Shown one piece after another: positions 57,941 to 64,000 of a stretch of DNA of 64,000 bases (the first letter of the stretch is position 1; every line of letters starts with the position of its first letter). Location of the stretch: the IMG/VR virus record IMGVR_UViG_3300037400_001617, one strand, 5' to 3'. The notes under the pieces are model-generated. The model was not told where the DNA came from, ran no database searches, and saw only the letters and a program-made list of their open reading frames with translations. The translations under genes were made by a program, and so were the position numbers. Source of the stretch: a virus (Duplodnaviria; Caudoviricetes).

Positions 57941-60900
57941 TTATACGATTGTACGATAGCAGTCTGGAATTTCACACTCTACAACTACATCTTCCATGAA
58001 GCATGTAGCATCTATCATTGTACACGGGAATCCCTGAATCTCTTCAGGAAGTCTGATCTTGTTATACTTAGAAATATAACGGATAAGTCGAACTTCTCCA
58101 TCTTCGATCGAGTAGATAAAGTCGAGTTCTGTTGTCTGATAGTATGAGAAGCTACGAGAGAACTTAACTCTTTCAGAAGAAAGACCTACTTTATCACTGA
58201 ACCCAAAAGTGGATTTCAATACAGGTGTATCGTACACTGTACTCTTCTCAAAGAAGAAGTGAGCTCCGTTCTTATTAAGGTTATCGAGTATATGCACTCT
58301 GTTACCTGTAGTGTCTGAATCATCATCTATAGAGAATACAGATGATGTATCGATGAGTTGTGTCTTCCAAGATTTGAAGAAGTTGATTATCTTAACGATC
58401 CAGTCTCTTACATACTCTTGGTTGTGAGACGGAATAAGATTGTAGAGATATACCCATTCGCCAGAGTCAAAGTATGCCTCAAGTGCATAGACTACATACT
58501 CACATACCTGGTTGATATATGTACGCCTATCATCTATAGAGCTATAGTTACGAGCAGTATTGAGTATATCTGCAAGATGCTCATCACGATCACTGAGGAA
58601 CTCATAGTAAGTCTCAGCTACATGAGGAGTACCCTCTTCATCCACAGTAAAGAAAGTGAAGTCATTCTGGGTTTCCATGAACGACTCATAGAGTATCTTA
58701 TAGACATCGTATTCTTTTTTGGATTCAGCATGCTTCATCATATACACGAGATGCTCACGAAGCTTTACGTTTGTATAGTAAATCTCCTTAAGCTTTTCGA
58801 ATGTCTGTATAGTCTGAATAGCTGTGGGGTCTTCTTCATCTGTATGGTAAGCATTCATGAAATCAGCTTCAGTGTTTCTTACAAACTCATATGGATAATA
58901 AGAGATATCGACGATATGACCGAATCTTCTGGTATCTTCTATAGGGAAGATATCCTCTGGATCGTACTTACCAGCCACTACAGCATTGTGTACACTAGTA
59001 GGATGAGCTTTGTCGCGAATGCTTGCTACATTGTCTTCATTTATCTTGAAGTAAGCTTTCTTCTTAATGACATCTCCATCAAGATATGATATCTCATAGA
59101 AACCTTCGAAGAAATCATCTATCTTGTGGTTCTTAAGGTCTTGGAAGATCTTACTACCAGGGTCTGTAGCAGTAGGTTCATATCTACCACAAAGGAATGC
59201 ATTCTCTCTAAGCTTTACTCCTTCTTCTATATACTCAAAGAACTGTTCAGGATTCTCAAGTACATCATCGAGATATATCTTCTTTCCAGTTCCAGGCTGT
59301 ACATAGTTTGCATAGGTATCGAAGAGAGTGATGATTCTGTCATAGACTTGACTCCAGTCTTGAGAGAAGTCAAAGCCATTGATAGTCATATTAGCTTCCA
59401 TAGAGCTAGCTACGTTATCTGCTTCTACTCCATTATATAAGTAACTTAAGGCTATCATCATCGCCAAAAGGTCATTCAATCTCACTTGGTTGGGTGAGAT
59501 GAATGAGTCTATGTTTACCATAAGAGCATCTGTAGCCCTAAGGATCTCGCCACTATTTCTCATGGCGTCGAAGATCATATTCATGAAGTACATAGTCTGA
59601 TAAAGATACTTAGTACTATCTATAGCAGAGTCTACACAGATATATTTAGTTCTCTCACATGAGAAGTCTTGGTTAAGAATCTCATTAGTCTTACGCTGAT
59701 GGTAATTGTCCCTTTCAGTCTCAGACATGATTTCATCTCTAGACAGACCATCCCAGAATGGATCCTCTCTAGTGATAGTATCATATGATCTACGAAGAGA
59801 ATCGTTCTCTATATACTTATCAGCATTCTGATCTTCTATAGGAACTCTTAAGAATGCTAAGTCGTAGTTTTCATAATACTTCTCGAAACCAACCATATCC
59901 TCAGTTACGAGATGTGAACTTCCAGGATATATGAATGACTTACCTACATCATCTTCAGTATAGTACTTGAAGTTGGCTCTGTCCTTTTTCTTGGTCTTGA
60001 TAAGCCAGTATGTGAAGATCTCTATATCATCTCTACCAAAGAGGTTCTTGATATCCATGATGTTTCTATTGGTACTCTTGTACTTCAGAATCTCATTGAT
60101 ATTCTTGATGAGCTTGATCTGGTAGTTCATAGGGATCTCTTTATAGTATTCAATACCATAAGACTCAAAGAGATAACGAATGGTACGTGAGTCAAAGATA
60201 TCCTTATTGATGATATACTCTTGCACTTCAGAAATGAGATCTATCATAGTCTGTATGAGAAGAAAGATGATAAGAACGTCTTCATAGTGCTCACTACCGA
60301 TAGCATAAGCATCGCTGTACATGGTAGTGATTGTGTATTCTCTGTTACGATCAAAATAACGGAGAAACTTGTAGTATATAGGGAACTCTGTATTGGTAGC
60401 TCCAAACTTAAGTGTAGGTTTAGGACAATACAGAAGTGAGAAATCTGGAGCCATACGAGCTGTGTATGGATCAATAGCCTTCTCTCTTAAGTGATAGAGG
60501 TATTTAAAGTCAGGACCAGTATAGTCCTGCTTCATAATGTCGAGTATGTTTATATTACGTCTAGAACTTTCACCAATCTCTGAGACATCTCTATAGATCT
60601 CCCAGGCTTGATTGTCTGCAGGGTCCAGATCAGGGTCTAACCAGTCAAGAATCTTTCTGGCTAACTCGCCATCAGGTCCTTCAGCATTGTAATCCCTCTG
60701 GATCTCATGTATGTACTGATACTTGTTTACGGCATCAGCATCATATTCCTCAGTATCAGGGTTATAGTAACCAATACCTACATTGTTAAAGACAGTAAGG
60801 TTCGCTTCCACGGTTATGTAACCTTCATCCTTATATCTTTGGAGAGGTACATACTTGGTAGCATTCAGTTCTTCCATAAGAGCATCATATTCGTCTGCAG

Positions 60901-61228
60901 AAATAACTCCATGATAGTCATGAGTAGCTATCCATTCTTTTATCTCTGCAGTTTCTGGATATGGCTGTTGTCCATTAAGCTGTCTATAGTAGTTATTCAG
61001 TTCATCATAACTCTCTTCAAGATACTGAGACTCATCAATTAGTCCAGCCTTGTAGCGAATCAGTTCATCTGAGTTTCTACGTGATTCAAGCGTCTCGTAT
61101 TTGAGAGCATCTCTCTCATTTTTGACTACGGAGTTGATAGCCATGTTCTTAGTATCTCTGACAACAAGGTCTATATAGGGGTTATCAGTAAACTTCATGT
61201 CATACTGATACGAGTAATGTCCGCCCAT
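57941..61228 (-). CDS. Large baseplate wedge-like protein with a C-terminal BspA/LRR-cap-like segment
   Basis: LIKNINEILKYKST...LFG; C-terminal YSIEDGEV.L..Y...LPEEIQGFP..I...CF; start at 61228 after SD AAGGAG and AACAtctcagTA (61259-61270). Confidence 0.6.
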   Translation of the reverse strand: MGGHYSYQYDMKFTDNPYIDLVVRDTKNMAINSVVKNERDALKYETLESRRNSDELIRYKAGLIDESQYLEESYDELNNYYRQLNGQQPYPETAEIKEWIATHDYHGVISADEYDALMEELNATKYVPLQRYKDEGYITVEANLTVFNNVGIGYYNPDTEEYDADAVNKYQYIHEIQRDYNAEGPDGELARKILDWLDPDLDPADNQAWEIYRDVSEIGESSRRNINILDIMKQDYTGPDFKYLYHLREKAIDPYTARMAPDFSLLYCPKPTLKFGATNTEFPIYYKFLRYFDRNREYTITTMYSDAYAIGSEHYEDVLIIFLLIQTMIDLISEVQEYIINKDIFDSRTIRYLFESYGIEYYKEIPMNYQIKLIKNINEILKYKSTNRNIMDIKNLFGRDDIEIFTYWLIKTKKKDRANFKYYTEDDVGKSFIYPGSSHLVTEDMVGFEKYYENYDLAFLRVPIEDQNADKYIENDSLRRSYDTITREDPFWDGLSRDEIMSETERDNYHQRKTNEILNQDFSCERTKYICVDSAIDSTKYLYQTMYFMNMIFDAMRNSGEILRATDALMVNIDSFISPNQVRLNDLLAMMIALSYLYNGVEADNVASSMEANMTINGFDFSQDWSQVYDRIITLFDTYANYVQPGTGKKIYLDDVLENPEQFFEYIEEGVKLRENAFLCGRYEPTATDPGSKIFQDLKNHKIDDFFEGFYEISYLDGDVIKKKAYFKINEDNVASIRDKAHPTSVHNAVVAGKYDPEDIFPIEDTRRFGHIVDISYYPYEFVRNTEADFMNAYHTDEEDPTAIQTIQTFEKLKEIYYTNVKLREHLVYMMKHAESKKEYDVYKILYESFMETQNDFTFFTVDEEGTPHVAETYYEFLSDRDEHLADILNTARNYSSIDDRRTYINQVCEYVVYALEAYFDSGEWVYLYNLIPSHNQEYVRDWIVKIINFFKSWKTQLIDTSSVFSIDDDSDTTGNRVHILDNLNKNGAHFFFEKSTVYDTPVLKSTFGFSDKVGLSSERVKFSRSFSYYQTTELDFIYSIEDGEVRLIRYISKYNKIRLPEEIQGFPCTMIDATCFMEDVVVECEIPDCYRTIV

Positions 61229-61332
61229 AGCAGTGCACTCCTTTCTATAGTTTGATTTTACTGAGATGTTGGGGGTAGCGAGAATGACGCAAATGAGAGG
61301 GATGCACAAAGCATCCCCCTATTTTGCTTCGG

Positions 61333-61785
61333 TTATATACCAGTTTGTCCGTTGTGTTCCATAACGAAGTTTGTTACTCTGAAGTACACTCTTTTGGCTA
61401 TTATATCAGTGATAGCATCCTCATTGTAGAGGATACATAACTGCTCATATAGAGCTTCTGAAAGTCTTTGTGAGACGAGAGTACAGATATCTTTGTTGAT
61501 CTGAATCTCTTCCTCTTCTTTGATATAGTAATCACTCTTATAAGCAAGATTGAGTATAGTGAACTCCTCAAAACATTGCTCTACAACAAGATCGAGCTTC
61601 TCATCTATCTTGTTATCAATGTCGAGTGTGGTGATATGTTTATATCTTTCAAGTTCCACGTTGTTATCTTTAGCCGTAGCCCATACCTTTATTGCAGTCT
61701 TAGCTAAACTCCTGAGTGACAGGAGGTAGATCATACTAAAAACGATAAGGACTTTGACCAGGAATTGTATCGATATGACTGGCAT
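61333..61785 (-). CDS. Single-pass membrane protein
   Basis: Hydrophobic N-terminus; overlaps the upstream gene. Confidence 0.6.
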   Translation of the reverse strand: MPVISIQFLVKVLIVFSMIYLLSLRSLAKTAIKVWATAKDNNVELERYKHITTLDIDNKIDEKLDLVVEQCFEEFTILNLAYKSDYYIKEEEEIQINKDICTLVSQRLSEALYEQLCILYNEDAITDIIAKRVYFRVTNFVMEHNGQTGI

Positions 61786-62461
61786 AAGTTTTCTCACTCC
61801 AATTCTTTACTTCTTCAGCTACTTCGAGAAGTCCATCATCTACTGAGTCTACTTCTTCGTAAGCTGTGCGTATATAGTAAAGCACCTTGGTACAAATATC
61901 TGGAGTGATGCCGTTGTAGTATCTCTTGAAGAGTTCTGTCCACTTTCCAAATACCTGATTAGGGTGCGTATAAAAGTTATCGGCGTTATGATAGAGCTGA
62001 TGCACAGTTTTACTCATCATAACTATTGGTACCATGTTGTTCGCATGAGCAAATCTGAGCTCTGCTACTACATGAGGTACTGTTACGTATCCATAAGTAT
62101 TAAGAAAGTGTTCGGTGATCATAACTGTAATGTCGAAGATCGTTAAGATACAATGGTTCATTTCCAATGTAGCCATGTTCGAATCGATATTGTGCAGTAC
62201 TTGACAATGATCAAGACCCATCTCCATCAAGTATGCTTTGTAGTTCTTATAGAATCTGAGTCCTCTAAAGAGATTGATAGCACTATGTATGAATCTATTA
62301 TAGAGGTCTACATCTATCATGGAATCCTTAGTCTGCATCATAGGAAGTTCATACGGTGAACTTGGAGAACACAGTGTAGGATTACCATTATTAAGATACG
62401 CTGTTACATCTGGGAAGGGCTGTCCATTACCCTTATATGTAAGATCTAATGTTTCATTCAT
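61736..62461 (-). CDS. Hypothetical late protein, possibly HNH-like fold
   Basis: LEMNH and SKTVHQLYH; AACTatcttaTA at 62486-62497. Confidence 0.6.
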   Translation of the reverse strand: MNETLDLTYKGNGQPFPDVTAYLNNGNPTLCSPSSPYELPMMQTKDSMIDVDLYNRFIHSAINLFRGLRFYKNYKAYLMEMGLDHCQVLHNIDSNMATLEMNHCILTIFDITVMITEHFLNTYGYVTVPHVVAELRFAHANNMVPIVMMSKTVHQLYHNADNFYTHPNQVFGKWTELFKRYYNGITPDICTKVLYYIRTAYEEVDSVDDGLLEVAEEVKNWSEKTYASHIDTIPGQSPYRF

Positions 62462-62504
62462 ATTCTATGCCTCCTTAGCACGTATTATAAGATAGTTTAA
62501 AGAC

Positions 62505-62703
62505 AAAAAGAGGGGAGGAGGCCGTTAAGCCTCCTCTGCGAAGGGGGTGAATGGTTCTAGATAAAGCCAAATTAAGCACCACTTGAAGAATGGATGTCGT
62601 TACGCCTACGACAACCGAGGGCTCAATAGGCAATACATGAGTTGAACCGAATGCTAGAATGATTATAGTCACGTTAGCGAGACGATCCGTCAACATCCCG
62701 CTC
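62505..62703 (-). ncRNA. Candidate ~200-nt structured ncRNA with terminator
   Basis: Several stems and the terminator GAGGAGGC/GCCTCCTC followed by a U-tract; no SD-led ORF. Confidence 0.5.
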
Positions 62704-62731
62704 ACTATAGTGTTATAGGAGTTGTAAAGTA

Positions 62732-63175
62732 TTATTCTGTTTCTTTAACACTTGTTTTCTTTATGTCAATGATAGCAAGCAACTCTTCCGCCGATACAGC
62801 GATATTGCTATTGAGAGGTCTGACATAAATAGAATGGACCCGTCTGAAGTCTTGTAATGCCCTGAATACATCTTTATCAAACTGGTCATGAAGCCCAATA
62901 CTGTACCCTTTGATAAACATAAACAGTCTCACTATACCCCATAGAGTATCTCTAAAGAATGATAGACTTATCTGCTTATCAAGGATTGTTTTCTCAAGCT
63001 GGGGTTCAGATTTGACGTTTAGGTATCGCTTCAGTATTTCCATACAGATGTCGTGTTGCTCTTCGTATGTGTTAAAGTTATGTGATGGTGTGTACTCCAT
63101 ACGTTTCACACAAAAACGAACAAATGATTCTTTGCCGTCTTTATCGATGAAACTATGGTCTTTGTTGATAGACAT
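62732..63175 (-). CDS. Protein with a degenerate peptidoglycan-binding-like domain
   Basis: KGY....FDKDVFRALQDFRR; AACCattctaTA at 63200-63211. Confidence 0.55.
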   Translation of the reverse strand: MSINKDHSFIDKDGKESFVRFCVKRMEYTPSHNFNTYEEQHDICMEILKRYLNVKSEPQLEKTILDKQISLSFFRDTLWGIVRLFMFIKGYSIGLHDQFDKDVFRALQDFRRVHSIYVRPLNSNIAVSAEELLAIIDIKKTSVKETE

Positions 63176-63272
63176 AAACAGTCCCTCCTTTAAAGTGATT
63201 ATAGAATGGTTGCGGGAACTGTAAATGAGCAGTAACAGCAGAGGGAGGCTATTGCCCCCCTCCGCGTATATG

Positions 63273-64000
63273 TCACTTTATGTCGGATTCATTGACCCAA
63301 CCAGTCACATAATTACCGATAGGAGTTTTACCTACATTGCTAGAAGAATTTGTTATTCTGATACGTCCATTGAGTACTTTACCATCATAGATGAAGTAAG
63401 TACCAGTCTTCTTACCAGAAGGGTTCTTAGCTGTAGATGATGTGTAGAGATCTACACTAGAAAGCTCAACTTTCTGTCCTTCACGAATAGTTGTAGTAGG
63501 TGCAGGAGCAGGTGTAGGCTCTTCCTTCTTAGTCTCCTGAACAACAGGAGCTGGAGCAGCCACTGTAGTAGGATTATCGATCCATCCAGTTACATAGTTA
63601 CCGATAGGATTCTTACCTACATTAGCCGCAGAGTTAGTGATACGAATACGTCCATTGACTACTTTATCATCGTATCTGTAGAAAGTACCAGTCTTCTTAC
63701 CAGAAGGGTTCTTAGCAGATGCAGATGAATAGAGAGGAGTATTGTTCAGCTGAAGAACGTTATCGTCTGTTACAACAGGCTGTACAGGCTTCGGCTCTTC
63801 TTCAGGCTGTTCTGTTGCGGGCTGAACACCATTGATCTTAGCTGGGTAGTCTACATAGCAGTAGTCAGCATCTACATCGCCGTAGATACCAGGAATCTTA
63901 GCAGTCCAGCTATACTGCCACATAGTGTGACCAGTGTAAGACGTTCTGTTTACTCCAACTTGAGCTATCCACACATCATACTTGTTCTTGATCTGTGAAG
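63273..64000 (-). CDS. GH25-type endolysin, C-terminal part with two cell-wall-binding repeats (start beyond window end)
   Basis: YDVWIAQ..MWQYS..IPGI.GDVDAD GH25 C-terminus; two ~58-aa repeats LY.S..AKNPSGKKTGT...NGRIRITNS..NVGK.PIGNYVTGW. Confidence 0.85.
   Translation of the reverse strand, partial: SQIKNKYDVWIAQVGVNRTSYTGHTMWQYSWTAKIPGIYGDVDADYCYVDYPAKINGVQPATEQPEEEPKPVQPVVTDDNVLQLNNTPLYSSASAKNPSGKKTGTFYRYDDKVVNGRIRITNSAANVGKNPIGNYVTGWIDNPTTVAAPAPVVQETKKEEPTPAPAPTTTIREGQKVELSSVDLYTSSTAKNPSGKKTGTYFIYDGKVLNGRIRITNSSSNVGKTPIGNYVTGWVNESDIK
63290..63750 (-). repeat. Two direct repeats (~170 bp each) within the endolysin
   Basis: For example ccagtcttcttaccagaagggttcttagc occurs twice. Confidence 0.85.

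Noticed and set aside
365-63440. Many antisense or alternate-frame ORFs in the track (e.g. 15920-16492, 25678-26217, 31937-32521, 58358-59089)
   Set aside because: They fully overlap well-supported genes, lack SDs and read as shadow translations.
1-64000. Genome-wide stop-codon reassignment
   Set aside because: Core genes are intact in code 11, and TAA, TAG and TGA all terminate genes. Only one TGA shows an in-frame extension.
1-64000. CRISPR array, tRNA or rRNA genes
   Set aside because: No regularly spaced repeats or cloverleaf with a T-loop found by eye; the intergenic gaps are short.

Overview
This 64-kb window is a segment of a jumbo myophage genome of the phiKZ/AR9(PBS1)-related type. 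The host is most likely a Firmicute, judging by strong AGGAGG Shine-Dalgarno sites, BspA-type LRR and Ig-like domains, and GH25/M15 lysins. Recognisable core genes are the terminase large subunit, three split RNA polymerase beta'-like genes (two paralogous catalytic DFDGD halves and one C-terminal half), a GroEL-like chaperonin, primase, RNase H, and neck, baseplate and fibre genes. Three peptidoglycan hydrolases, a TM+GAF holin-like gene, an ABC exporter and a DUF2829/Tad2-like domain are also present. Reading the intergenic DNA shows two phage promoter classes. AAC-N5-WR-TAA occurs about 20 times, mostly in front of structural genes, and matches the AR9 nvRNAP consensus AACA-N6-TA. TATAYYAT occurs in front of non-structural genes. 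Three TATAYYAT sites carry a second box, CGTWAAAGT, exactly 15 nt upstream, and each drives an isolated minus-strand cassette of structured RNA leader + orphan ORF + terminator. This is the best candidate for an undescribed system. Other candidates are three paralogous adhesin-like genes next to a four-repeat hub protein, a probable -1 frameshift in a tail-assembly gene, an in-frame TGA extension on the Tad2-like gene, and a ~200-nt structured ncRNA. All product calls come from reading motifs by eye; no database searches were run. Many ORF starts were moved to the ATG that follows a clear SD.
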